Positions 9,358 through 19,973 are shown, numbered from the stretch's first letter. The stretch is DNA of 64,000 nt from an uncultured Fibrobacteria bacterium (GCA_963716395.1 OY970309.1:2976001-3040000), one strand, 5' to 3'. A program made the numbers and translations. Notes: generated by a model not told the origin, from the sequence alone.

Positions 9358-10797
9358 CTATGAAGAGGAGTCGGAGCGCATACATTCCTCCAAATCCGTC
9401 GGCTCGCGTGGAATGGAGGCCGACAAATTGCGGCAGCCCGCCTTTGTGATTAGAAGATCGTCTTCGATGCGAATCCCAATCCATTGGGCGTAGTGACGGC
9501 CGTGTAAGGTGGCTTCGAAATGCCCGTACAATCCGGGTTCATTGGAGAGCTGCCATCCCGGTTGCAAATCCAGGTCCTGGTAAAAGCGATGGGGGTCGCC
9601 GTCGTGTTCCTGTTCCCCCATGAGATGCGATACGCCGTGGGGTTTGTGCGGGTAGGCGCGCCGCATTTTCCCACCGCGCGCCAGAAAACGCGTTTCCAGC
9701 GCGTCTTCGAGAAAATTCCAGACCGCATCGTTCAGGGCACGGATACGGGCTCCGGGCCGGGCATGGTCCTGGTTCAGTTTCATGGCGTCGAGGACGATGC
9801 GGTACAACAATTCCTGCAAGGGGTTGAATCGCCCCGCGGCGGGCACGGTGCGGGTGATATCGGCATGCATGGTGCCGAAACGCGCGCCGAAATCCATCAG
9901 CACGAGGCCGCGCCGGTCGATCCGGTCGTCGTTCTTCAGGTAATGCAGAACCGTGGCGTTTTTTCCGGAGGCGACGATGGAGGGAAAGCTCAGTCCATAA
10001 GGGCTGCGCCGCCGCATGCCGTATTCGAGGTGCGCCGCCAAGGCGTTTTCGTCGCGCAGACGCCGGAGCGCGGGCAGGGTTTCCAGAAACGCCGAGCGCG
10101 TGATCGCCACGGCGCGATCCACGTCGCGCACCTGCTCGGGTTCAAGTGGCAGCCGCAAGCGAAAATGCAGGTCGGCGCAGGTACGGATTTCGAAGCCGCC
10201 GCGGACCCGGCCGGCCCACCGTTCCAGGCTTTGCTTGCAGGCGTAATTGTGATCGGTGCGGGTCCGACGCGTGCGATTGTGATCCGGATCGCGGTATTGA
10301 TGGAAAAATGCGTAACCGAAGGGCTGCTTCCACCCGCGCACCAGGGCCTGGAACCAGGCCCCGAACTCCGCGTGCGGTAAAATTTCTTCGATGCCCGTGA
10401 GACGGCGCACATCGTCCAGTTCCGGCGCGGCTTGCGGATTTTCTTTGGGGATACCGAAGCGGATGCCGTCCCAAAATTCCCGCGCGGGATCCTTGTACGG
10501 CAGGAATAGGACCGCGCGGCCTTTGGTTCCGGGCACCAACGCCAGCACGATTTGCGGCTGATTGATGCCGCATAAATGCATCACCGCGGGCTCTTGAAAG
10601 ATTTTCAAGGCGTTCATGTGCCACAGGTTTTCCGCGCCCGGCTCATGCGGCACCCCGGCGAAAATCGCGAAGCTGTCCAAGGCTTCAAGATGCCTTTGGC
10701 GGCGCGCAGCGAGAATATGGGGAAAGCGCGTTTGCGCCGAACCGACGGGAAATACCTGGGAATAATGCCGCAGCAGAGAGGGCAGGGAAGCCCGCAC
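9358..10797 (-). CDS. pepP: Xaa-Pro aminopeptidase (M24B, aminopeptidase P)
   Basis: MDFG, HADITRT, HGVSH, NEPG and GIRIEDD metal-binding motifs; N-terminal AMP_N-like domain. Confidence 0.88.
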   Translation of the reverse strand: MRASLPSLLRHYSQVFPVGSAQTRFPHILAARRQRHLEALDSFAIFAGVPHEPGAENLWHMNALKIFQEPAVMHLCGINQPQIVLALVPGTKGRAVLFLPYKDPAREFWDGIRFGIPKENPQAAPELDDVRRLTGIEEILPHAEFGAWFQALVRGWKQPFGYAFFHQYRDPDHNRTRRTRTDHNYACKQSLERWAGRVRGGFEIRTCADLHFRLRLPLEPEQVRDVDRAVAITRSAFLETLPALRRLRDENALAAHLEYGMRRRSPYGLSFPSIVASGKNATVLHYLKNDDRIDRRGLVLMDFGARFGTMHADITRTVPAAGRFNPLQELLYRIVLDAMKLNQDHARPGARIRALNDAVWNFLEDALETRFLARGGKMRRAYPHKPHGVSHLMGEQEHDGDPHRFYQDLDLQPGWQLSNEPGLYGHFEATLHGRHYAQWIGIRIEDDLLITKAGCRNLSASIPREPTDLEECMRSDSSS

Positions 10798-10800
10798 GGC

Positions 10801-11412
10801 TTAGCCCCAGCGTCCGGTGACGTAGGGCAGCGTTTCGGCCACGCGATCGACTTCGGGCAAATGCGACAACAACTCGCGCATCGGATTCCATTGGCCGCTG
10901 AGAAATTGCCGGCGGGGCCCTTCTTCCATGGTCAAAGAAGCGGAAACCGGGCCGCGCAGGGAAGGGGCGTGCAAGTCCAGAATCCATTCCGCCACGGGGT
11001 CGGCGGAGGCGGCTTGTTGCAGGCGCTGCATGCTTTCCGCATCGGTGCTGGCGCAGGGAATGCCCAGCGAGACGCAATTGCCGTAGAAGATTTCGGCGAA
11101 ACTTTCGCCCACCACGGCCCGAATTCCCCAACGCATCAGGGCCTGCGGCGCATGTTCGCGACTGCTGCCGCAGCCGAAATTCTTGTTTACGAAAAGGATT
11201 CCGGCCCCGAGAAAACGGGGATCGTCGAAGGGGTGCGTTTCCCCCTTGGCCCGCAAGGCTTTGCGATCATCTTCAAAGGCGTGCTCGCCCAAGCCGTCAA
11301 ACGCCACGCAGCGCAGAAAGCGCGCCGGAATGATGCGATCGGTGTCGATATCGTTGCCGGACAGGGGGATGGCCCGGCCGGAAACCTGGGTGATAAGGGA
11401 GTCTGCTTCCAT
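10801..11412 (-). CDS. leuD: 3-isopropylmalate dehydratase small subunit
   Basis: NDIDTDRIIPARFL, NFGCGSSREHAPQAL, SFAEIFYGN. Confidence 0.96.
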   Translation of the reverse strand: MEADSLITQVSGRAIPLSGNDIDTDRIIPARFLRCVAFDGLGEHAFEDDRKALRAKGETHPFDDPRFLGAGILFVNKNFGCGSSREHAPQALMRWGIRAVVGESFAEIFYGNCVSLGIPCASTDAESMQRLQQAASADPVAEWILDLHAPSLRGPVSASLTMEEGPRRQFLSGQWNPMRELLSHLPEVDRVAETLPYVTGRWG

Positions 11413-11437
11413 GGGATGGGGTTCCTCGGCGAGGGGA

Positions 11438-12853
11438 TCAAGCCAAATGAAAGACCCGGCGCGCGTCGGCGACTTTTCCCGTCACGGCCGCGGCCGCAGC
11501 CATCACCGGGCTCATAAGCAAGGTGCGACCCGAGGGCGAACCTTGCCGGCCCTTGAAATTGCGGTTGCTGGTCGAGGCGCAGAGTTGCCGGTCTTTCAGC
11601 TTGTCGGGATTCATGGCCAAACACATCGAGCATCCGGGTTCGCGCCACTCAAAGCCCGCGGCTTGAAACACCGCGGGTAAGCCCAACGCCGCGGCTTCGC
11701 GCTGCACGGCTTCGGAGCCGGGAACCACCAGGGCCTTCACGCCAGGAGCCACACGGCTTCCGCGCAGCAAGCGGGCCGTGGTTTCGAGATCCGAAAGCCG
11801 GCCGTTGGTGCAGGAGCCGATGAAAACCACGTCGACGGGCACACCGGCGATTTTCTGGCCTTCCTGCAGCCCCATGTATTCCAACGCTTCGCGGGCCGAA
11901 GGCCGATCCGAATCCGCCAAGGAGGAGAGCGCGGGAATCGCGCCGTCTACGGGAACCGATTGTGCCGGGTTAATGCCCCAGGTCACGAAAGGCGCCAGCA
12001 CGCCGCCGTCGAGTTCGACTTCGTCGTCGAAGACGGCGTCGGCATCCGAAGCCGAACTGCGCCAATAGCCTACCGCTTGATCCCAGGCGCTTCCGGCCGG
12101 GGCGAAGGCGCGTCCGCGCACATAGGCGAACGTGGTTTCATCGGGATTGACGTAGCCGATGCGCGCGCCCCCCTCGATGGACATATTGCACAGTGTCATG
12201 CGCTCTTCCATGGAGAAGTTGGCAATCACCTCGCCCGCGTATTCATAGGCATAACCCACGCCGCCGTTGACGCCCAAGGTATGGATGATAGCCAGGATGA
12301 CGTCTTTGGCATAGACGCCCACCGGCAATTTTCCCCGCACGCGGATGCGCCGCACCTTGAGGCGGCCCAGGCTCATGGTTTGGGTGGCGAGGATGTCGGC
12401 CACCTGGCTGGTGCCGATGCCGAATGCCAGAGCGCCGAAAGCGCCATGCGTCGAAGTATGGCTGTCGCCGCAGGCGATGATCATCCCCGGCTGGGTTAGT
12501 CCCAATTCCGGACCGATGACGTGCACGATGCCTTGCCGTCCTGAACCCGGTCCGAAAAAAGGCAGGTCGAATGCTTGGGCGTTGCGCTCGACCGCTTGCA
12601 GCATTTCTTCGGCCAAAGAATCGAGCAAGGGCCGGCTGCGTCCGCGCGCCTCGGTGGGAATGATGTGGTCGGCCGTGGCGAACGTCCGCTGCGGATAGCG
12701 CACCCGCAGGCCGCGTTCGCGCAGAAGTGCAAAGGCCTGGGGCGATGTGACCTCGTGCACCAGGTGCAGGCCGATGAAAACCTGATACTGCCCGGAGGCC
12801 AAGCGTCCCACGACATGGCGGTCAAACACCTTCTGATAAAGATTGCGTCCCAT
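11438..12853 (-). CDS. leuC: 3-isopropylmalate dehydratase large subunit
   Basis: [52 protein letters not shown]; start set at MGRNLYQK. Confidence 0.97.
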   Translation of the reverse strand: MGRNLYQKVFDRHVVGRLASGQYQVFIGLHLVHEVTSPQAFALLRERGLRVRYPQRTFATADHIIPTEARGRSRPLLDSLAEEMLQAVERNAQAFDLPFFGPGSGRQGIVHVIGPELGLTQPGMIIACGDSHTSTHGAFGALAFGIGTSQVADILATQTMSLGRLKVRRIRVRGKLPVGVYAKDVILAIIHTLGVNGGVGYAYEYAGEVIANFSMEERMTLCNMSIEGGARIGYVNPDETTFAYVRGRAFAPAGSAWDQAVGYWRSSASDADAVFDDEVELDGGVLAPFVTWGINPAQSVPVDGAIPALSSLADSDRPSAREALEYMGLQEGQKIAGVPVDVVFIGSCTNGRLSDLETTARLLRGSRVAPGVKALVVPGSEAVQREAAALGLPAVFQAAGFEWREPGCSMCLAMNPDKLKDRQLCASTSNRNFKGRQGSPSGRTLLMSPVMAAAAAVTGKVADARRVFHLA

Positions 12854-12895
12854 AGCGCGATGAAACGTAGCAAGGCGCGGAGTCAAATGCCCGCG

Positions 12896-13378
12896 CTACA
12901 GTTCGGCTACGACCTTTTGCTCCAATTCCTCCGGGCTTTCCAGGCCCATCAGCTTCTCTTTGAGCTTGCCGTCGCGTCCGATCAGGAACAGCGTGGGCAA
13001 GGCGTAAATCCCGCCGTAATCCTGCGCGATCTGATCGGTGCCTATCAGCACGGTGTAGTTGATGCCGAAGCGTTCCTCGATGGGTCGCACCTTGTTTCCG
13101 TCAGGATCGTCGACATTCACCGCCACTACGCGAAAACCGCGGTCGCGGTATTTTTTCTGGAGCTGCACCAATTCGGGAATTTCCATCAGGCACGGTTGGC
13201 ACCAGGTCGCCCAAAACACCAGAGCGGTCACCATACTGTCGTTGGTGGAAAGGGAATAGTCTTGGCCGGAATAGGTCTTGAGGGACAAGGGCGGCACCTG
13301 GCCGGGGAGGCGGTCGTTTTTGCGGCATCCCGTCCAGAATAGGGAAAGCAGCATGACCCAAAGCAGAGCATAACGCAT
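12896..13378 (-). CDS. TlpA-family disulfide reductase lipoprotein
   Basis: Lipobox-like WTGC; FWATWCQPC; LPTLFLIGRDG. Confidence 0.92.
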   Translation of the reverse strand: MRYALLWVMLLSLFWTGCRKNDRLPGQVPPLSLKTYSGQDYSLSTNDSMVTALVFWATWCQPCLMEIPELVQLQKKYRDRGFRVVAVNVDDPDGNKVRPIEERFGINYTVLIGTDQIAQDYGGIYALPTLFLIGRDGKLKEKLMGLESPEELEQKVVAEL

Positions 13379-13482
13379 GGAACCGTGGCATCCCTTCGGT
13401 GAAGGCTATAGAATATACCAACGCCGTACCTCGGTCCGCGCCGAAAAGGGGATTGATTTTGCACGATAATGTTTATGTGCCC

Positions 13483-15186
13483 ATGGGGCAAAAGCTCGGA
13501 GCCATCTTGATCCGCGATGGTGTCGTCGATGCGGAACAGTTGCGGGCGGCGCTCAAGCGGCAAAGCGAGAAGGGCGGGTCGCTGGGCGAGAACCTGGTGC
13601 AAACGGGAGTCATCCAGAGCGTGGACGACATCGCGCCCCAACTGGCGGCGCAAATCAACACTCAGGTCGTGAACCTGAACGAGTATGAAATTCCGGTGGG
13701 CGTCATCTCGTTGTTACCCGAAGAATTGGTGGTCAAGTTCGGGGTGATGCCGGTGCAAAAAGAGGACAAGGTCATCCACGTGGTCATCGCCGATCCCAAG
13801 AGCATGTCGGTGATGGACGCCATCAAGTTTCTCACTGGGTGCAATGTGAAGGTGTGGATCACGCCCGAAACCCAACTCCGCAAGGCGATTGACAAATATT
13901 ATCTGTCCAAGGTCAACAGCGGCGAAATTGAGAACATTCTGCAGGACGTGGCCGACAGCAATCTCGAAATCGTGGCTGACGGGGTGGAAAACGATGAGCA
14001 GGGCGCCGAATACCAGGCCATGGAGGCGCCTTTGGTGCGCCTGGTCAACAAGGTGATCACCGATGCGATAAAGCTGCGCGCCTCCGACATCCACATCGAG
14101 TCCTATGAAAAAACCGTGCGTGTACGCTACCGGCTCGACGGCAATCTCATCGAGCAGACCACCTTGCCGCATAAGCTGAAACCGGCCATCGTGTCGCGTT
14201 TGAAAATCATGGCGAATCTCAACATCGCCGAGCGGCGGCTGCCGCAGGACGGCCGCATCAAGATGGCGATGGGGCTCAAGAAAATCGATTTGCGTGTTTC
14301 CACCTTGCCCACCATATTCGGGGAAAAGGTGGTGATGCGCATTCTCGATTCCGAGAATCTCACCTTGGATCTCAAAAAGGGCGGCTTTACCGACAAAGGC
14401 TATCAGGATTTTCAAGAAGCCCTGAATTCGCCCTATGGCATGATTGTGGTGACCGGTCCCACGGGTTCGGGCAAATCCACCACGCTTTATAGCGCCTTGA
14501 CCGCCATCAACACCCCCGATGTCAACATCATGACCGCCGAAGATCCGGTCGAGTACAATCTCGACGGCATCAACCAGGTACAGGTCAACACCGACATCGG
14601 CCTCACCTTCGCGGCCGCCCTCAAGGCCTTTTTGCGGCAGGATCCCGACATCATCATGGTGGGTGAAATCCGCGATTTGGAAACGGCCCAAATCGCCACC
14701 AAGGCGGCTTTGACCGGACATCTGGTGCTGTCGACACTGCACACCAACGATGCGCCCAGCACGGTGACGCGCCTGGCCGACATGGGTATTGAGCCTTTTC
14801 TCATCGCCTCTTCGGTGCGGCTGGTCATCGCCCAGCGCCTGTTGCGGCGCGTGTGCAAGAACTGCAAACAGCCGGTCGGCGTGCCCGAGGCGGAGGTCCT
14901 GCGGCTGCTCGGGATTACCACGGAAGAGGCCCAAGGCATCACGTTCTATGAGGGCAAAGGATGCACGATCTGCGCCAATACCGGGTATAAGGGCCGGCTG
15001 GCCGTGCACCAGGTCATGCCCATCAGTCCCGCGGTGCGCCGCCTCATCGTCGATCGCGCCACGCCCGATGAAATCGAGAAAATCTCCTGCGCCGAAGGCG
15101 CCTTGACCCTGCGCCAGTCGGCGCTGGAAAAATTGCGGGCCGGCATCACGACTGTGGACGAGGTGATCAAGTCCACGGCGGTATAG
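13483..15186 (+). CDS. pilB: Type IV pilus assembly ATPase PilB
   Basis: N-terminal MshEN-like repeat (KLGAIL..G....QL..AL..Q), ASDIHIE, GPTGSGKSTT, RQDPDIIMVGEIRD, tetracysteine Zn motif; followed by pilT and pilC. Confidence 0.94.
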   Translation: MGQKLGAILIRDGVVDAEQLRAALKRQSEKGGSLGENLVQTGVIQSVDDIAPQLAAQINTQVVNLNEYEIPVGVISLLPEELVVKFGVMPVQKEDKVIHVVIADPKSMSVMDAIKFLTGCNVKVWITPETQLRKAIDKYYLSKVNSGEIENILQDVADSNLEIVADGVENDEQGAEYQAMEAPLVRLVNKVITDAIKLRASDIHIESYEKTVRVRYRLDGNLIEQTTLPHKLKPAIVSRLKIMANLNIAERRLPQDGRIKMAMGLKKIDLRVSTLPTIFGEKVVMRILDSENLTLDLKKGGFTDKGYQDFQEALNSPYGMIVVTGPTGSGKSTTLYSALTAINTPDVNIMTAEDPVEYNLDGINQVQVNTDIGLTFAAALKAFLRQDPDIIMVGEIRDLETAQIATKAALTGHLVLSTLHTNDAPSTVTRLADMGIEPFLIASSVRLVIAQRLLRRVCKNCKQPVGVPEAEVLRLLGITTEEAQGITFYEGKGCTICANTGYKGRLAVHQVMPISPAVRRLIVDRATPDEIEKISCAEGALTLRQSALEKLRAGITTVDEVIKSTAV

Positions 15187-15244
15187 TATTATATGCGGGC
15201 GCACGGCGGTTTCGCGCCGTGAACGGGAGTGAAGTTCCGAATCC

Positions 15245-16309
15245 ATGGTCAGCATCCAGGAACTGTTGAGCAAAATGGTGGAGGTGACCGCCTCCGACCT
15301 GCATCTGACTGCGGGCAAGCCGCCGCTGTTCCGCATACACGGCGACCTGCGTTCGTTTATGCACGAGTCGCTGACCCCGGAAGATTGCCTGCGCCTGGCC
15401 TACAGCGTCATGAACGAATCGCAACGCAAGGGATTCGAGCAAAAAAAAGAATATGACTTTTCTTTCGGCGTGGCCAATCTCTCTCGGTTCCGCGCCAACG
15501 TGTTTCTGCAACGCGGCTGCGTGGCCATGGCCGTGCGCCTGATTCCCCACGAGATCCTGAACATCGATCAACTCGGATTGCCGCCGATTGTGACGGAATT
15601 CACCGAACGCAATACCGGTCTGGTGCTGGTGACCGGCCCCACGGGTTCGGGCAAATCCACCACCTTGGCGGCCATGGTCGACAAGATCAACACCGAAACC
15701 GAAGGCCACATTCTCACCGTCGAAGATCCCATCGAATTCGTGCACAAGCACAAGAAATGCATCGTCAACCAGCGCGAGGTGCGCACCGACACCGAGACCT
15801 TCGCCAGCGCGTTGCGCGTGGCCCTGCGCCAGGATCCCGACGTCGTGCTCATCGGCGAGATGCGCGATACCGAAACCATGGCGGCCGCGCTTTCCATCGC
15901 CGAAACTGGCCATTTGACGTTGGCCACCTTGCACACCAATTCGGCGGCGCAAACCATCAACCGCATCGTCGACGCCTTTCCGGCGGGAGAGAAATCCCAG
16001 ATTCGCACTCAACTCTCGTTTGTGCTGCAAGGCGTGATCAGCCAGGCCCTGCTGCCGAAAATCGGCGGCGGCCGCATCCTGGTCTATGAGATCATGGCGG
16101 TGACGCCGGCTATTCGCGCCATGATCCGCGATGACAAGGTGCATCAGATTCAAAGCGCCATCGAAGCGGGACAAAAATTCGGCATGGTTACCTTCAACGC
16201 CAAGCTGGCCGAGTTGGTACAACAGCGCAAAATCGAAAAGAGCGTGGCATTGTCGCGCTCGCCCGACCCCGAGCATTTCGAACGGCTCTTCTCCGGTAAT
16301 TTCAGGTAA
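15245..16309 (+). CDS. pilT: Type IV pilus retraction ATPase PilT
   Basis: ASDLHL, RFRANVF, GPTGSGKSTT, EDPIEF, ETGHL, AIRAMIRD (AIRNLIRE motif). Confidence 0.96.
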   Translation: MVSIQELLSKMVEVTASDLHLTAGKPPLFRIHGDLRSFMHESLTPEDCLRLAYSVMNESQRKGFEQKKEYDFSFGVANLSRFRANVFLQRGCVAMAVRLIPHEILNIDQLGLPPIVTEFTERNTGLVLVTGPTGSGKSTTLAAMVDKINTETEGHILTVEDPIEFVHKHKKCIVNQREVRTDTETFASALRVALRQDPDVVLIGEMRDTETMAAALSIAETGHLTLATLHTNSAAQTINRIVDAFPAGEKSQIRTQLSFVLQGVISQALLPKIGGGRILVYEIMAVTPAIRAMIRDDKVHQIQSAIEAGQKFGMVTFNAKLAELVQQRKIEKSVALSRSPDPEHFERLFSGNFR

Positions 16310-16321
16310 GGCGGAAATCCG

Positions 16322-17515
16322 ATGGCCAGATGGGTATACACCGCCAAGACCGCCGGCGGCAAAGAGGTAGGCGGTGAATTCGAGGCCGGCAACCGCCGAG
16401 AAGCCGAAGCCCTGCTGCGTAAAAAGCGGTTGCGCGCCCAATCGCTGAAGAAGAAAAGCACCGGTTTCAGCCTCGGGGGCGGAGTGCCGCTGAAGTCGCT
16501 GGCGCGGTTTACGCGCCAATTTTCCGCCATGACTTCGGCGGGTTTGCCGCTCATCCAATGCCTTGACATTCTTCAGGAGCAGTCGGAAAACCCCACGTTG
16601 AAAAGCACCATTCAGCGCGTGGGCTCCGACATTCAAGGCGGTGCCACCCTGGCCGATGCACTGGCCAAGCACAAGAAGATCTTTTCCGATTTGTACAGCC
16701 AGATGATAGCGGCCGGTGAAGCCGGCGGCATGCTCGATACCATTCTTATGCGCCTGGCCGAATATCAGGAAAAGGCCGAAGCCCTGCGCCGCAAAATCAA
16801 AGGCGCCATGACCTATCCCATCATCGTGGCGGTGGTGGCCGTGGCCGCCGTGGCCGTGCTGATGGTTTTCGTCGTCCCCATCTTCGCCAGCATGTTCGCC
16901 GATGCGGGCTCGCAATTGCCCATGCCCACCCGCATCGTGCTGGGCATCAGCGCTTTTCTGCGCCATTGGTTTGTGCTCATCCTGGCGGCCGCCGGTGTGG
17001 CCGCTTTCGCCTTCAACCGGTATTACAAAACCGACCAGGGCCGCTTGCGGATGGACGGTCTGCTGCTTAAATCGCCGGTCTTCGGCGACCTCGAACGCAA
17101 GTCTTGCATCGCCCGTTTCAGCCGCACCTTGGGAACCTTGCTCAATTCGGGCGTGTCGATCATCGACGCCTTGCAGGTCACGGCCAAAACCGCGGGCAAC
17201 AAGGTGCTGGAGCAAGGCATTTACCGGACGCTGGAAAGTATTTCCGGCGGTCAAACCATCGCCGATCCGCTGCGCGGAACGGGCGTGTTTCCCCCCATGG
17301 TCATCCAGATGATCGCGGTGGGCGAGAAAACCGGCGGGCTGCCCGACATGCTGATCAAGGTTTCCGATTTCTACGACGACGAAGTCGATGCGGCCGTGGA
17401 AACCCTGACCTCTTTGCTGGAACCTTTGGTGATCGTGGTGTTGGGTTCCATCATCGGCGGCGTGCTGGTGGCCATGTACCTGCCCATGTTTTCCCTGGCC
17501 GGCACCGTGCACTAA
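16322..17515 (+). CDS. pilC: Type IV pilus inner-membrane platform protein PilC (GspF family)
   Basis: FTRQFSAM..AG, AGEAGG, AMTYP, VGEKTG, LLEP...MYLPMF. Confidence 0.95.
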   Translation: MARWVYTAKTAGGKEVGGEFEAGNRREAEALLRKKRLRAQSLKKKSTGFSLGGGVPLKSLARFTRQFSAMTSAGLPLIQCLDILQEQSENPTLKSTIQRVGSDIQGGATLADALAKHKKIFSDLYSQMIAAGEAGGMLDTILMRLAEYQEKAEALRRKIKGAMTYPIIVAVVAVAAVAVLMVFVVPIFASMFADAGSQLPMPTRIVLGISAFLRHWFVLILAAAGVAAFAFNRYYKTDQGRLRMDGLLLKSPVFGDLERKSCIARFSRTLGTLLNSGVSIIDALQVTAKTAGNKVLEQGIYRTLESISGGQTIADPLRGTGVFPPMVIQMIAVGEKTGGLPDMLIKVSDFYDDEVDAAVETLTSLLEPLVIVVLGSIIGGVLVAMYLPMFSLAGTVH

Positions 17516-17518
17516 TCC

Positions 17519-19240
17519 ATGTCCCCCTCGGCCGGGACTGCCGGCGCTCCCGACCCCAAGTCCGGAACCGCTTCCGGAGCCCCGTGGTTCGGGCTTCCCA
17601 ACCCTGCGCGCGAATGGCGCCAGGATTTGACGGCGGTGCTGTTTTCGCGCGTGATCATGTTCGGTGTCTTGTACTGGGCCGGCGGCGCCTTTCCCCAAGG
17701 TTCGGCGCCGCTCAGCATTGTCATGGTGTACGGCCTTTCCACCGTCTTGTTTCTGGCCACGTGGGTGTTTTTTCTGCGCAAGCAGGCGACGCCGCCCACG
17801 GGGTTCCTGCTGTTCTTCCAATTTCTGGTCGAGTTATGCGCCGAGACCGTGGTCTTGGTCGCCAGTGGCGGATATGATTCCTATCACGGTTTTCTTTTCC
17901 TTCTCACCATCGTCAGCGGCGGCGTCTTTTTCGGATACTCCGGTGCCTTGGCCCTGGCCGCGTTGGCGTCGTTGATTTTCGGCGCCATCGGTTTTATGCA
18001 TCTGGGCGTGTCGCCGCTGGCCTCGCTCGTCGCCCTGACACCGCTGCCGCTGGCGGAAGTGGAAATCCGGTTTTTCCTCACCACGGTGCTTTTCTTTTTG
18101 CTCGCCTTGCTTTCTTCCGACGGGTCGCGGCGGCTGGGAATGGTCAGACGCGAATTGGCCGGCGCGCGGCAGGCGCTCAATCTGGCGCAGTTCAGCGCCG
18201 AATCCATGATGCAGGATCTCCCCACTGGCATTCTTTTTTTCGACAATGCCGACTGCCTGCGCTACCACAACCGTTTGGCGGAGCAAATCCTCGACAAGGA
18301 TTTGGGGGAAGGGCTGGGAGTCGAAGCCGCGTGGGAGGAAATTTTATCCCCCGAGGCGCTGCACAAACTGATTCTGGAACGCCCGCCATCCGGATACTCA
18401 GAAGTGGAGGTGCTATTCGGCGCGCGCCCCCTGCGCGTGATGTGCAAACCCCTGATGCGCGAAGCCGAATACCTGGGCTGCATTTTCACCGTGTTCGATT
18501 TGACCGAGGAGAAGCGCATGGAACGCCGCCTGATGCGGCAGGAGCGCATGGCGGCCGTGGGGCAGATGTCCGCCCGCATCGCGCATGAAATTCGCAATCC
18601 TCTGGCGAGCATCAGCGGCGCCGCCCAAATGCTGCGCGATTCGCCCGATGTTCAAGGCCCGGACCGAAGGCTGTTCCGTCTGATCGTAAGCGAGTCCAAC
18701 CGGCTCAACCGTTTTCTCAGCGATTTGTTGGAATACGTGCGCGAACGGCCCCCGTCTTTCCGCGAAATCGCGTTGGGGGCTTTATTCCGGCGCGTCATCC
18801 ACTTGCTCGAAAAGGCACCGGCGTTCCAAACCGGCCTTGTCACCTTTGAGGAAAAAGTGGAGAATGGGGACGTTACCGTGGTAACCGATCAGGACCTTTT
18901 GTTGCAAGTGCTGCTGAACGTGGGGCTCAATGCCTTGGAAGCGATGGAAGCCGATGGAGGTCGTTTGATTTTTGCGGCCCGTCGAACCCAGGATGCGGTG
19001 GGCATCGAGGTGATGGATTCCGGTCCGGGTATGGATGCGGGGGTTCTCGCCCGCGCGACCGAACCTTTTTTTACCACAAAATCCCAAGGCACCGGGTTGG
19101 GATTGGCGGTATGCGCCCATACGATGCAATTGCTGGGGGGAAATATTAACTTGACCTCGATTCCGGGAAGCGGCACCACGGTTTCCTTGACCCTACCCGG
19201 CGAATACCAACCAACAGGAAACAACCCCCGTGGAAATTAA
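17519..19240 (+). CDS. PilS-like membrane sensor histidine kinase
   Basis: About six N-terminal TM helices, PAS-like region, H-box AHEIRNPL, N-box, DSGPG, PFFTTK, GTGLGL; directly after pilC. Confidence 0.88.
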   Translation: MSPSAGTAGAPDPKSGTASGAPWFGLPNPAREWRQDLTAVLFSRVIMFGVLYWAGGAFPQGSAPLSIVMVYGLSTVLFLATWVFFLRKQATPPTGFLLFFQFLVELCAETVVLVASGGYDSYHGFLFLLTIVSGGVFFGYSGALALAALASLIFGAIGFMHLGVSPLASLVALTPLPLAEVEIRFFLTTVLFFLLALLSSDGSRRLGMVRRELAGARQALNLAQFSAESMMQDLPTGILFFDNADCLRYHNRLAEQILDKDLGEGLGVEAAWEEILSPEALHKLILERPPSGYSEVEVLFGARPLRVMCKPLMREAEYLGCIFTVFDLTEEKRMERRLMRQERMAAVGQMSARIAHEIRNPLASISGAAQMLRDSPDVQGPDRRLFRLIVSESNRLNRFLSDLLEYVRERPPSFREIALGALFRRVIHLLEKAPAFQTGLVTFEEKVENGDVTVVTDQDLLLQVLLNVGLNALEAMEADGGRLIFAARRTQDAVGIEVMDSGPGMDAGVLARATEPFFTTKSQGTGLGLAVCAHTMQLLGGNINLTSIPGSGTTVSLTLPGEYQPTGNNPRGN

Positions 19241-19559
19241 AACCAGGACTTCAGGAAAGTGGCAGATTCTGGACGTCGCCGGGCATATTCGCGGCAGCGA
19301 AGCCTCGCAGTTTCGCGCAGCGGTACAAAAAGCTCTGGAAGCCCGGCAATTGCAACTGGCGGCCAACTTGCGCGATGTCGGTTTCATCGACAGCTCCGGC
19401 GTCGGCATGCTCATCACCTGTCACCAGGACTTGAAAGCCGCTGGCGGCCAGTTGGTTCTGTTGAATCTTTCGGACGATATTTATGATTTGTTCGAGATGA
19501 CTTCCATCGATCGGCTGTTCGAAATCGTGGATGGAGAAGAAGAACTGGCTTCGCGTTGA
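19230..19559 (+). CDS. STAS-domain anti-sigma factor antagonist
   Basis: FIDSSGVGML motif with the phosphorylatable Ser; GTG start overlapping the kinase 3' end. Confidence 0.9.
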   Translation: MEIKTRTSGKWQILDVAGHIRGSEASQFRAAVQKALEARQLQLAANLRDVGFIDSSGVGMLITCHQDLKAAGGQLVLLNLSDDIYDLFEMTSIDRLFEIVDGEEELASR

Positions 19560-19591
19560 ACTTTTTTAGAAAATCCCCGTGAAAGAAAGGT

Positions 19592-19618
19592 TTAAGTTCG
19601 GTTAGGAAAGGCCGATAT
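19592..19618 (+). promoter_or_regulatory. Sigma-28 (FliA) promoter of flgM
   Basis: TTAA-N15-GCCGATAT versus consensus TAAA-N15-GCCGATAA, about 20 nt upstream of the flgM ATG. Confidence 0.78.
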
Positions 19619-19637
19619 AAACCATAGGGATTGGACC

Positions 19638-19973
19638 ATGAAAATCGATCGCATATCTGAACTGTTTGGGGTTGATCTCCAAAAAGCCGCGGGAAACACC
19701 AAGGCGACCGATAAGTCCGAAAAGACTTCCAAAACCGATAGCGTCGTACTTTCCAAAAAAGCCAAAGATTTACAGGCGCAATCCAGCGACGCCGCTACGG
19801 TGCTGACCCACCTGCAAAACCTGCCGGATGTACGGCCGGAAAAGGTTCAGGAAGCCAAGGATAAAATCGCCTCCGGGTATTTCGATTCCCCGGAATTCAT
19901 GGATCGGCTGGCCGGCCGGCTTATGAAAGAGTTCGGCTTCCAAACGCCGGACGCCACGGCGCAGGCTTCTTGA
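19638..19973 (+). CDS. flgM: Flagellar anti-sigma-28 factor FlgM
   Basis: DSVVLSKKA...LPDVRPEKVQEAKDKIASGYF is the FlgM C-terminal signature; supported by the sigma-28 promoter. Confidence 0.88.
   Translation: MKIDRISELFGVDLQKAAGNTKATDKSEKTSKTDSVVLSKKAKDLQAQSSDAATVLTHLQNLPDVRPEKVQEAKDKIASGYFDSPEFMDRLAGRLMKEFGFQTPDATAQAS

Noticed and set aside
14449-15665. Near-identical ~35-nt segments in pilB and pilT
   Set aside because: Both encode the conserved Walker A VTGPTGSGKSTT; explained by paralogy and codon bias.
13714-17821. Very long antisense ORFs (540 aa and 884 aa) opposite pilB/pilT/pilC, and similar shadows elsewhere
   Set aside because: Mirror-frame ORFs expected from high-GC codon bias; no recognisable motifs, and they fully overlap well-supported genes.
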